Below are positions 12,192 to 23,531 of a stretch of DNA of 64,000 nucleotides, piece by piece. How positions within the stretch are numbered: the stretch's first letter is position 1; the number at the start of each line of letters is the position of its first letter. The position numbers and the translations under genes were made by a program. The notes under the pieces are model-generated. The model searched no databases. It saw only the letters and a list, made by a program, of their open reading frames with translations, and had not been told where the DNA came from. Origin of the DNA: Phyllosticta citribraziliensis. Lineage: Eukaryota. The DNA lies in NCBI RefSeq assembly GCF_038025025.1, contig NW_027117348.1, positions 806,001-870,000 on the forward strand, read 5' to 3'.

Positions 12192-12792
12192 AATCTAGAG
12201 CGTGGATAACACGCCCGAATGAACGGAAAGTATTGGATGGAGCAAAAATAAACTGAAAACGTTTTTGCGTTTGTTGGACCGCCTAGACGCACGTCCGGCT
12301 GCGTCTAGACCTTTGAGGAACGACGGACAGGCAGGCAGGCACGGGAGGGCCCGTCCTGAGTCACTGGAGAACAGGAACATTGTGCTTCCCCAAGCACGCG
12401 GCACTCTCTCACGGGGAACCGACGGAATCAGACGACGACAGCGATAAAGGAAAATGAAAACAATCGAGATAGAGAACAGACTAGTTGCGTACTGACATAC
12501 GTTACATGGACTAAGGTAGGCGCCAGCCCAAGGCGACTGCCGGCTCACTCGCTCGCTCGCTCGTGACCTTTTTGCTTTATGCCCGGTCATCAACAGTAAC
12601 AACAACCAGGCAGCGTCTGGGACCTGAAGCAAACAAGAGAGACTTACCTCATTCGAGGTATACTGATCGAATTGGGACAAAAATGCCAGTAGGACGAGAC
12701 TGCGCCAAACACAATGCAGGAAACCGCAAGATTTGAAAGAAAAAAAAACAAGGGCTTGCTTCGTCTCAGATGTGAGGGGAGGAGGCGAGCGC

Positions 12793-14930
12793 TCAAAACG
12801 GTCGCACCTGGAGCCCGCCTGTCTGACTGGGCATCTGCATCAGAGGCATTGCGGACGGAGGCCCGACAGTCGCAGGCCCCAATCTATGAAACATTTGCAC
12901 CAGCCGTTTGCCGACGCTCGTCTCCAGCTCGGTGCCGTCTCGCGCAATCTTGACCTCTCTGTTGGCGTTCCACGGGTTTCGCAGCCCGCGCGTGCGGTAG
13001 AAGGGCAGCCGGTTTGTCGAAATCCACTCGACCTTGAAAGGCTTGCCCCAGCTCTGCGCCATCTTGGCCGCGTCGGCGGCAGCAGCAGCCGCGTCCGGGC
13101 TGTCGGTCGTGCGTCGTTCCGGCTTCTCAGACTCTTCCTCGTCGTCAGAAATGTCGGCCTCCCAGAATATCGTCCCGCGCGCCGAGTCGTCTATTATGCG
13201 TCCCTTGGGCGCCCACTCCGTTGCCGGTGTCATGATGGATTTTGGCGTGTCGACTGCCTCGGGTGCCTGTGCTTCATTCGCCGAGCTGACAAGCTCAACG
13301 CCTTCGTCCGTAATCGGTGATGCCATGCGCGCATATCCAAAATATTCCCCCGACTTGTTCGCCGAGAAGATCAAGTAGACATTTTCCGCAGACTGCCAAA
13401 CGTTAGCGCAACGGAGCAGGGAGATCCGCATGGAAAGAGAGAGAATTCACCTCGTACGCCTTGTTTAGAGCCTCTTCGTTGTGCGTTTGGGTCGCCCAAA
13501 TCCCGTTCCGAACACTTAGCTCCAGGTCCTGCAACGTCAAACTCTTGACAATGAAGAACTTTTCATGCACCTTGGCTGGCTTCTCTTCCGTCGGCGGAGT
13601 CTCTTCAGGGACCGAGACGCTTGGCGCTTCTCCTTCCGTCCCTTCTGAGATGGAAGACGGCGGTTGGGGCACCGCTAGCTGAGGCGGCGAGGAGCTCGGA
13701 GGACGAGGCTGTGCCATTGCCGAAGGGCCTGTGGGTACCCCTGACGCGGGCGTTGCACTCCTGCGCAGACGGCAGACCAGCCGCACTCCATGAAACCGGG
13801 AGTCGTGGAATCTGTGCATGGCCGCGGTACACGACGCCTCGGTGCGGTAGTTGACGAACGCGCAGTTGCTCTTCGAAATGAGAAACAGGCTCTCAATATC
13901 CTTGGTGGCTTCGCGAGAAAAGTGGTCTTTGAGGTCGGTCACGGTGGTGCCCGGCGGCAGATTTCCCACCCACAGCGCGTGGCCCGATTGTCTCGGTTTT
14001 CGAGGTGGTCCGCGAGGGAGAGAGCCAAGTCCGGCATCAGAGCCGCTTCTGGGAGGACCTGTTCGCTGGTTCAGTTTCTCAAAGGCCCAATGCTCAGCCG
14101 CCATTCTCACCTGGCATGCCGCCAACTGGCATGGGCGCATTTGGCCCATAGTCGCCGCCCATGGCCTGAGCCATCGGATTACCGCCCATGTTGACAAAAT
14201 TACCCGCCATCATGCTGGGGTCTCTTCCCGCACCACCTGGCCCTGACGCAGTGTGGAAGCTGTCTCTCCTCGAATCGCCATCCATGCGCTGAGAGCCATA
14301 AGCTATGGGTGACTGAGTCATGGGAGCTTGGGCTGGGTACGGGGTGGAATAATACATGTACTGCTGGGACTGGAGATAGGGGTTGTACGGCTGCATCTGG
14401 CCTGGTCCAATGTTGCGCTGGGGATTGGGGGCGTAAGAAGGATACGGGCCATATTGAGTGGGTGCATATCCAGTGCCATAGGAAGCTTGAGAAGGATAGG
14501 CCATGGCCGCATGGCCGGAATAATGAGGCATCTGAGGATACTGGTACACGATTGGGGATCCAGAAGGCCCAGCAAATCCGCGCTGAGCTTGATGCTGGGG
14601 TTGTATAGGACCTTGGCCAGGCATACTGGAGTTATAGTCCGGAAGAGCTCCACTTACGGCCCCCATGTTGAAGGCCGAGGGGTTCTGCCCATGCATTGGA
14701 GGCGCGTGGTAGGCATAAGGAACTGGATGCTGCGAAGTGCGTTGCGACTCCACGGGGCGGTTTGGAGGCGGCGACGATTCGTACTGGGCCTGCAAAGACG
14801 GATTATTTGTTGGTGGGAGGGGATCGGATGGCGTGTCGTTGGCTGGATTTTCCGGTCTGAGTTCGTCTTTGGTGGTGTCCTCGGGGGAAGCTGAGGGCGG
14901 GATGCCGCTCTCGTTGGATGCATCGCCCAT
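12793..14930 (-). CDS. RRM + YTH domain RNA-binding protein (YTHDC1-like subfamily)
   Basis: P/Q/Y-rich N-terminus; RRM (ALWVGNLP...SNCAFVNY); YTH (KFFIVKSLT..DLELSVRNGIWATQTHNE..LNKAYE|SAENVYLIFSANKSGEYFGYARM...PFKVEWI...LRNPWNANREVKIARDGTELE). Introns 14110..14059 and 13450..13393. Confidence 0.92.
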
Positions 14931-17900
14931 TTGTTTCTCCAGAGTGACCGGCAACAGGGGCCAGCGCTGAACAAATGCGGAAATGGTGTCAGTGAAGGAA
15001 AGAAAATACGGCACTGTCTGCGAACCACGTACCTTTTTTAATTAAGTTGCCGTCTAAAAGAGCCAGTCAAAGAGCGACTTTTAGATTTGGAGGCAAAAAG
15101 ATGGTGTTCTTAGAGTCTATGCCAATCGGATTGTTGATCAAATGAGTGGATGGGTAAAGATAGAACAGGGAGAAAAAAAAATTAAAAAAATTCGGACGGG
15201 GCGGCAGGGGAAAGGCGAAGTGGGCAAGATCAACAAAAAAAAGGCGCAGGCTCAGCGTCACCAGGAAGCAGGGAGCACGAGGGTCGAGAGCTGGGCGGCG
15301 GGTCGAAGAAGATCAATGGAGAGAGGAAGGGGACAGGAGGGTCTAGTAGGCAAAGAAAGGGCAAGTTGCGGTCAAGGAGTGGTGGAAGCGAGCGAGGTGA
15401 TGGTTCGTCAGTCGTGACCTTTTTTGGGGGGGTTCCCTGACGGTCCCTGAGGCTGGCAAGGCGGATCGAATGCCTTGGCGAGAGGGCAATCCTGTGGGTA
15501 AGGTAGGGGAGTAGGGTCGAAGGTACCGGAGGAGAGAGGGGTGGGAAGAGGAAGAGGAGGAGGAGGAGGAGGAGGCGGCGGCGGACGGACGGACTTGTGG
15601 ACTCGGACTGGGGAACTGGTGGAGCGGCCGCTTATGAGAATAGCTAGACATTCAAAACGTGGGTTTTTGCTTGTGGTGGCAACATGAATGTACGAAGCGG
15701 GTGTGGCACGACGACCTACGACGACCCTTGCTCTTGGGGCTGCCCAGGTTCTTGTTGAAGCCGAGGAATGGATGGACACAGGGTAACTGTATCTCATGCC
15801 GGCTGCGCCCGTCGTGCCGTGCATATCGATGGATGGATGTTTCCATGCATCGTCACGGTCAGTCATGAGGTAATGGTCCAAGCCGGCGGGAAGGATGCGA
15901 GATGCGGCTACTACGGTTGATGCTAGTCGGCGCCGGTCCCAGAAGCCAGCCCAGACCACTGCAGACCGACCGGCCGCCTCGAAAGTCCTCTCGGCCGGGG
16001 GTTGGATGGAGAAGACGAAGAAAAGAAGAAATTGGCAAAGGGGAAAGGAAAAAAAAAAAAAAGAAAGAAAGAAAGAAAAAGATTTGGATGGGGAGCGAAG
16101 AGACGATCTTGGCTCTATCGCCACAGGCGCCCTGCGCGCCGTTGGGCAGGCCCTGATCATCAGCTCGTCCAGGTTCAGCTTCAGCAGCAGACTGACTTGT
16201 GAGAGACGTCGAGCACCGGCAGTGCGTCCAGTGTGGCGACGGGGCGGCGCAAGCCAACGCCTAACGACCGACCGTTTCGCTTTGGCCGGGCGTGAGTCCG
16301 GCTCTCGCTTCATGTGGCGCGTCGAAAACCAAGGGCTGGCTGGTAATTTTTGGAATTTTTTTTCGAAGCTTCTCTTACGACTCTTCTCCGCTCTCCGCTC
16401 GCTGCTAAGGGCCAGGTCTGGTCTGGTGTTTGGCGTGGCGCGTGCACCGCCACTCGCTTCGGTTCCTGCCCTGCTTCCTTTACCCTTCCTTACGTACCTA
16501 TACGAACGCCTTACGTCACCCTCGTCTCGTCTCGTCTCCTGCCACACTGGACATCCCACCGCATCTCCCCCTCCCCCATGCAGCCCTGAGGTGGCTTCCG
16601 CGTCTGTTGTCTTCGTCGCCTTGTGTCCATTTTCTCGTCCTCCACCGCATCCATGCCTCGTCCCGCCCGGCGCCGACGTTGCATTAGTCCAGTGAATGGT
16701 CCATCTGCCCAACCGAACCTATCGACATGCACCCGCACACGTGCCCGCCCAGCGACAACGTCTACTTCTAGAACAGCCTAGACCATCTCGGCTTCTGCGC
16801 CTGCGCTACCCATTAGACCAAGGTCTAGTCCATGTCTTGTCTCACTCCTTCCCAGCTTTCCGACTCGCAGTCTGGGGAATCTTTCTGAAAAAGCCCAATT
16901 TCCACTCCGGAGCTATCCCCTCCCCGCTCAACTGCCGACTCGAGCCACGAGCTCCCTCTCCCTCAGCCTCAGCCTCAGCCTCAGCGGCATTGTGTGTCCC
17001 AGCACCGCGGAAACCATCCGTGTTCCTCATGCTTTCTTTCAGTCTTTTGCTAGTTTAGCTTTGCGCCGGCTTTGACCTAAAAGCTCCCCTTCAAGGCAAT
17101 GTCCCGAGCTGTGTTTGCGCAAATTGTCAACCAAGCCGCACAAAACGCCGTCACGCGCCTGCCTAGTCACAGCCTTGCCGGCAAGCTTTTGGCATTTCCT
17201 TAGACACGGAACCGTTTGAGCCCATCAATCTGACGGGTACCAGTCATCCCACTGACTGGCCCTAAGCGACCCAACTTCGTACAAGTGCCTGATAGAAGAC
17301 CTAACAATCTGCTACGAAGCCACGGCAACTGTCTTCCCTCGACTTGACACAGGGAAAGCGCCCCAGGCGCCCCAAAGTACTAATCACGTGTTGACTACGC
17401 TGAAAACCCAGAGATGAGACTCCGTTTGCACGGGAAAGTAGCTGGATGAGGTGATTTCTCCCTTTCTTATTCCTCGCACTTTCACGTCTATTCTGTGAAT
17501 CTATCCTGAAGACCTGTCACCCGATGTCAAATGAATGGTAGACTCTGCTCATGGTTTCGTCAACATCAACATTAGCTGCCGTGAGTGCCCACGTAGAAGT
17601 TTAGCCAAAAATGACTACTCCCAAGGCGGAGCACAGCAATTCAAAAAGCACTGGTGCCCGAGTCTGTCAAAGCCCATAGTTACAAATCAGTTGTGCTCCC
17701 GTCCCCTCGAGCCGGAGGTCGGGTGCTCGTCACGTCACGTGATAGCGCGATGAGTCGTTTCGGCGAATCTTCGTATCGGCTTATCGATTGCGTGGGTCTA
17801 GCCCAAATCGGCATGGCCATCCATCGACAGAGGACCTGCTGGGAGCTCAACTCAACTGCTCAAGTCATGTCCGTGTCTTCCTTCATCCAACACACCTTCT

Positions 17901-17952
17901 TTACCACCTCAGCTTCATCCTCGCTGTCTGCAAGACTCTCCGGAACCCCACC

Positions 17953-20900
17953 ATGACCATACGCACGGCTGTTCGCCTACAATCCGCGAGCAGATCTCAC
18001 AACAATCAGCTCGATGCGGTCCCCGCCCAAAATGCCCTCGCGGCTCTCTCCAACTTGTTGTCGCCGCCCCAACCTGACGATCGCGCTTCTTCTGCACCTC
18101 CTCCCGCCAAACGACGTCGGGTGCATTCTGGTCTGTCTGTTGATGTGCCAGATGCCCAAAATCCAGCCGAAATCGACAATCGCGAGAACCTGTCTCTGGT
18201 CAAAGTAGTACTTGATCTTGTAAGTGTTGCACGTCTAACACTGGCCCAAAATAATCAGAAACATACCTTCTCTCGTGTATTCGTCTCGTTCCCCGTACGC
18301 CGATTTCCTTCTAATCTGACTTTCAAATCGTAGCCATCGCTCAAGAGCGCCTGTCTGGTCGAAAGTAACAACAGTTTGCCTGCTCGATTGATGAATGCCG
18401 ACCTTTCCGGCGATCAGCTGAAGTTGACCCTTCAAAACGAAAATCACTCTCTCAAAGATCAATTCCTGCTCTCCCTGGATCGCGACTCGACCACGGAAAC
18501 GTTTCTGTCCCACTTGCAGCACATCGCAAAAGCCTCAGGGTGGCAACACTCCCAGAAAAGCAACGCGCCCAACGTCTTGATTCCAAAGGTGGTATTTCAC
18601 CACAAAATCCCGAACGGAGAATTTCCCGCTCTTGAGCTAGAGCTCCTCTGGATCACTGGGCCGACGGATGATGAATGGTTCGGTGAGAGGCGCATGTGGC
18701 AACGTCTGGAAAACGACATGTTCTACTTCTACTTCTCAGGCTTTCTGAGCCCCGAAGCGGAAAATCCGGATCCGAGAAGTCCACGAGAACGTCGTCAGCG
18801 GCGGCCACTACGTCGCCCATGGACTGTCCAAGATTTCTACAACTGTGTGCATGTTCCTCCAAGACATGAACCGGTCTCGCTAGATACTCCGAAGGAGATG
18901 ACGTGCGACTTGTTCCCGTTCCAGAAACGAGCTGTCCAGTGGATGCTTGCAAGGGAATCCGCCACATCCTCTTCCACGTCTCCAGAAGGGGAACCTGAAG
19001 ACGTACTGCCACCCACCTTTCACCACACCGCGAATCATGAAGGACGGCCTTGCTTCGTTAGTCTCGCACGCCGTATGGTTTTCACCGATCGAAAAATGTT
19101 GGAGAAGGAGAAGTTGGAGTACGGCGGAATACTTTGTGAAGAAATGGGGCTCGGCAAGACCGTGGAGCTTATCACGCTGATATGCCTGCATCGACGAACG
19201 ATTGGCAAGGAAATGGTATTCGATCCCTACACTGATTCTGAGGTCGTAGCGAGCGGCGCGACTCTGATAGTGACTCCTGCCGGGATCCTCGAGCAGTGGA
19301 TGCAAGAACTGGCCAGGCATGCACCCCATCTTAAAATCAACCATTACAAAGGAATGCCACCCCCGTCCCGGAAGGAGCCAGAGCCTGATTTGGTCCAGGA
19401 CCTACTTCAGTATGACGTGGTTTTGACAACGTACTCGGTCCTTTCGCGCGAGATCCATTACACTCACGACGGGACAGTTCGTCCTCTGCGAAGAGCAAAG
19501 CAGTACGAGCCGCGCCGCAGTCCATTGGTCCAGATTTCGTGGTGGCGATGTTGCATCGACGAGGCACAAATGATTGAAAGCGGTGTCAGTCAAGCTGCCC
19601 AGGTCGCAAGCCGCATCCCCAAAATCATGCCTTGGGCAATCACCGGAACTCCAGTCAAGAAGAGAATGGAGGACTTGCAGGGTCTCCTCTTGTTCTTGCG
19701 GTTTTGGCCTTTCTACAAATCAAACATCTGGCCCTCTCTCCTCTCAGAGACGCTGAACGAAATCTTCTCGAGAATCTCAATGCGGCACACCAAGGATCAG
19801 GTCCGGGAAGAGCTTCGCTTGCCTCCACAGAAACGGATCGTCATGCTGGTACCGTTCACGCCTGTTGAGGAACAAAATTACAACCAGTTGGTTCAGGACA
19901 TGTGCGAGGACTGTGCGCTCAATGCGGAAGGGATGCCACTCGATGACGATGAATTTGACAACGCCACAAGGATAGAGAAGATGCGAACATGGCTGACCAG
20001 ACTTCGCCAAACCTGCCTCCATCCCCAGGTTGGAGGGCGCAACCGCCGAGCTCTGGGAAGACGCGCAGGGCCACTGCGGACTGTCGAGGAGGTCTTGAAT
20101 GTCATGATCGAGCAGAATGACGTCCAGGTGCGATCCGAGGAGCGAGACCACATTCTTGCTCAACTTGTCCGGGGGCACATTTACGGCTTCGCCAAAAACG
20201 ACTCCCGTCGCAGTGAAAAAGCACTAACGATCTACCGGTCTGCACTGCATCAGGCGGAGACGTTTGTCGATGAAAGTCGCCGGGAAGTCACAGAAGAACA
20301 GAAGAGATTGGAAAGAGAGAAAGGCAGCGCTGCATTGGAAATCGCAGATGCTGATGCGGAGGATGAAGGAAACGAAGGCCGGGAGGCAAGTCATTTCAAC
20401 TATCTCCGAAAGGCTCTCCGGGCAGCCATCGAAGTGCAACACGTCTGTACCTTTTTCGTGGCTACGGCTTATTTCAACATCAAGTCCAACGAGGACATCA
20501 CCAAGCCCGACAGCGATGACTTCAAGCGGCTGGAAGAGCTCGAAACGCAGTGGTACAACAAAGCCCAATCAATCCGAAAGGAATTGCTCCAGGAGAGCTA
20601 CGCGAGCGCCCGCCGGGAAATGGCCAAGCTCGGAAATACGGCTGATTCTTACACGTCTCCAATACCGCCCGCAGAAGATCTCGGAGGCATCGAAAATGGC
20701 AGAATCTTGGATATACTGGACATGGTCATTGAATGTCTGAATGAGCAGGGCAAGAAATTGAACGAATGGCGTAAAAAGGTGGTCGACATTCTCTCGTCGC
20801 CCTTGGTCGATGCCGAAGACGAAGACACCACGGGAGAGGAGTACGAGGCAAGCGCCAAGGCACAGGACGAGCTGCAGGTACGTCTTGCGCAGCCAACACC

Positions 20901-22551
20901 CAAAGACACGTGCTGACTAGATGAACAGGTGTACATAACATTCCTGCGCTCCGTGATTGCGGATAGACGGCGCTTTCTGACAGGCCGCGACGGTGCATTG
21001 GCAGCAGTGGAACAAAAGCACGCCGAGGAACACGCTAGAGACGGCAAAGGAGCTGCGCCAGAGTTGGTTCTGCAGCTTGCATTTGAGCGCGAGCAGTCCA
21101 AATCGGCGACGCAAGACGTCTCTCTGCAGCAAGTCATTGTGGAGGTCAGAGGTCTGATTACGAATTTCCTTGGCGGACAAGGCCAACGAGCAGCTGGAGA
21201 ATTGGCAATTGCCCAAAAGCAGTTGCAAAAAGTGGTTCAGATCCAATCGCAAGAGCAGAAGAAGGTGGTGGAGCTGGAGAACGAGTTCACGACGTACACG
21301 AACTGTACAAACTTGCGGGTCGAATTCTACCGCCAACTTCAGCATCTGTCGGACCAACTGAAGCCATACAAAGAGGAGCTGGATGATGAGCTCGACACGC
21401 CGGCACTCCGGGCACAGGAGGCCAGGGAGAAAAAGATGGCCGAGCGACTGGTTGATTTGAAGAAGAAGAGAAGGTTTCTGCAGCATCTGAAAAGCGAGTC
21501 GCAAGAGGAAGACAGCCCACGGCTCTGCGTCATCTGCCAGGAGCAGTTTGAGCTCGGAGTGCTGACGGTGTGCGGACACCAGTATTGCAAGCCCTGTTTC
21601 CGGACATGGTTCCGGCAGCACCACAACTGTCCTCTGTGCAAGCGGAGACTGCACAATCGCGATTATCAGGACATTACGTACAAGCCGCAGGAGCTGAGGG
21701 CGCACGAGGAAGAGCAGTCTCCAGAGTCTGCGGGGTCGAGTGACGAGGCTGATTCCCGACAGTCGATTTACGCCGAAATGAGCGAGGAAACGATGAGAGC
21801 CATCAAGTCGATTGACATCAATGGGTCGTTTGGCACCAAGATTGACACGGTGGCAAGGCACTTGTTGTGGCTACGAGAGAATGACGCTGGATCCAAGAGT
21901 GTCATCTTCTCGCAGTACGGCGACTTTCTCGAGGTGCTTGGAGACGCGCTGAGGCAGTTCCGGATCGGCTTCTCCAAAATCAGCGACAAGGGTGGCGTCG
22001 AAAAGTTTAAGAAGGATGCAGGCATTGAATGCTTCTTGCTGGATGCCAAGTCGGACGCGTCGGGGCTCAACCTTGTCAACGCGAGCCACGTATTCCTCAT
22101 GGAGCCACTGATCCACGGGGCCATTGAACTGCAGGCCATTGCGCGGGTGCACCGGATCGGACAGAGACGGGCCACTACAGTGTATCTGTATCTTGTGGGA
22201 GACACGGTGGAGCAGAACATTTACGAAATCAGCGTGCAAAGGCGGCTCGAGCACGTGGCAGGAAGGGAGAATCAGGAGATGAAAGGCGCGTCTTCTGAGG
22301 AGACGTTGCAAGACTCGATGCTGGAGGCGGCCAACTCGCTGGAGATGGAGCAGGCGCCAATTTCCAAAATGCTGGTGGCAAAGAAGGGGGGTGGAGAGGT
22401 GGTCGGTAAGGGGGACCTGTGGAGTTGTTTGTTCGGCGTGCCTGGGCGGGGGCGGCGGTCAACGGCGGGCACGGGGCAGGCGGAGAGAGAGAGGGAACGG
22501 CAGGTGCACCGGTATGCCAGGGCCGAGGCGGCAGAGCGGAGAGCAGAATGA
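17953..22551 (+). CDS. IRC20: SNF2-family helicase / RING E3 ligase (SHPRH/Irc20-like)
   Basis: LFPFQKRAVQWM, GGILCEEMGLGKT, CCIDEAQMIESG, WAITGTP, RLRQTCLHPQ, helical insert, C3HC4 RING (CVICQ...CGHQYCKPC...CPLCK), helicase C (SVIFSQY, GLNLVNASHVFLMEP, QAIARVHRIGQ). Introns 18220-18333 and 20878-20928. Confidence 0.9.
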
Positions 22552-22799
22552 GGGATGGCATATAGGGGGTACATTATTATTAGGGTAGATGGGTGAATGA
22601 ATTCCTTGGGGGGGCGTGAAGAAAGAAAAGACGGCAGGGACGTTGAAGAATGGCTTAGGTAAGGAGCGCTGGGCTGGGTGATGTGTGGAGGAGCTTGCAG
22701 TGTACGGTGTCGGTACCGTACCGTATCGGGACTTGTGGAACGGGAATGCGCGACCCGCGCGATCGGCCATCTTGGCAAAGCTTGTGTCAGCGTCTCGGT

Positions 22800-22834
<35 letters not shown>

Positions 22835-22986
22835 CTCTCTGCACCGCACCGCACCGACTGGACCCGCCCTGTCCAAGCCCCAACCCAAGTCCATCAACGC
22901 CCATCCATCCGTCGCAACTCTCTCGCACACACTCTCTCTCTCTCCATCTCTCTTCTCTCTCTCGTCCATCTTCTTCCATCGTCTTC

Positions 22987-22992
<6 letters not shown>

Positions 22993-23024
<32 letters not shown>
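22993..23024. repeat. (CT)16 microsatellite in the pyrimidine-rich leader upstream of palF
   Basis: Read directly; a (GTCGTCGCT)n array lies just upstream at about 22798-22836. Confidence 0.9.
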
Positions 23025-23027
<3 letters not shown>

Positions 23028-23531
23028 GCCTCTCCCCTCCCTCCCTCGGTCCCTCTCCGCCTCGCCCTCCGTCGCCCGGCCCGACGCGCCCCACGACGAC
23101 CCTCGACCAGCCCCTGCGCTGCTCCACCATCCCATCTTGGCTGCCAAGTCCAACCTTTCTCTCCACAGTGCTGTGCGTGCGCTTCTCCCCCCCTCTGCGC
23201 TGCCCGCATTCCCCTCGTTCTTCGTACTCTGCCTCTCATTCGCATGCGGGCTGACCTGTCGACGCGAGACAGCCTGACTGCTGCTCCTGCGACCCGCTCC
23301 CCGCCCGCCGTCTCTCACGCTCTCGAGACCGTCTCAAACGTCTGCGCAACGCTTACGCCACGTCCTCGCTGCGCCGCCCGTCCCGCATAAGACGCCCGAA
23401 CAGCCTGCGCACCACCTGGCCGCGCGACCGACCATCCGTCCGTCCGTCGCATCCGGCTTGGTCCTGGCGCCTCCACGCCGTTCTCTCCTCCGTCTCCTCC
23501 TGCCGCATGATGAGAGTGCTTGGACTTGAGC

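Noticed and set aside
9800..12700. meiRNA-like decoy or telomerase RNA next to the YTH and PXR1 genes
   Set aside because: No clustering of TTAAAC/TCAAAC motifs and no TAACCCTAA-type template seen by eye.
15408..16712. 434-aa minus ORF and 266-aa plus ORF
   Set aside because: They cross homopolymer and triplet repeats and lack protein-like composition; more likely promoter or UTR DNA of the divergent YTH and IRC20 genes.
17729..17751. TCACGTCACGTGA / GCGCGA motifs upstream of IRC20
   Set aside because: Plausible bZIP, bHLH or MBF sites, but too short to support without conservation data.
22272..23390. Several 150-350 aa ORFs on both strands
   Set aside because: Kept open by (CT)n and (GTCGTCGCT)n repeats in the palF leader; low-complexity translations.
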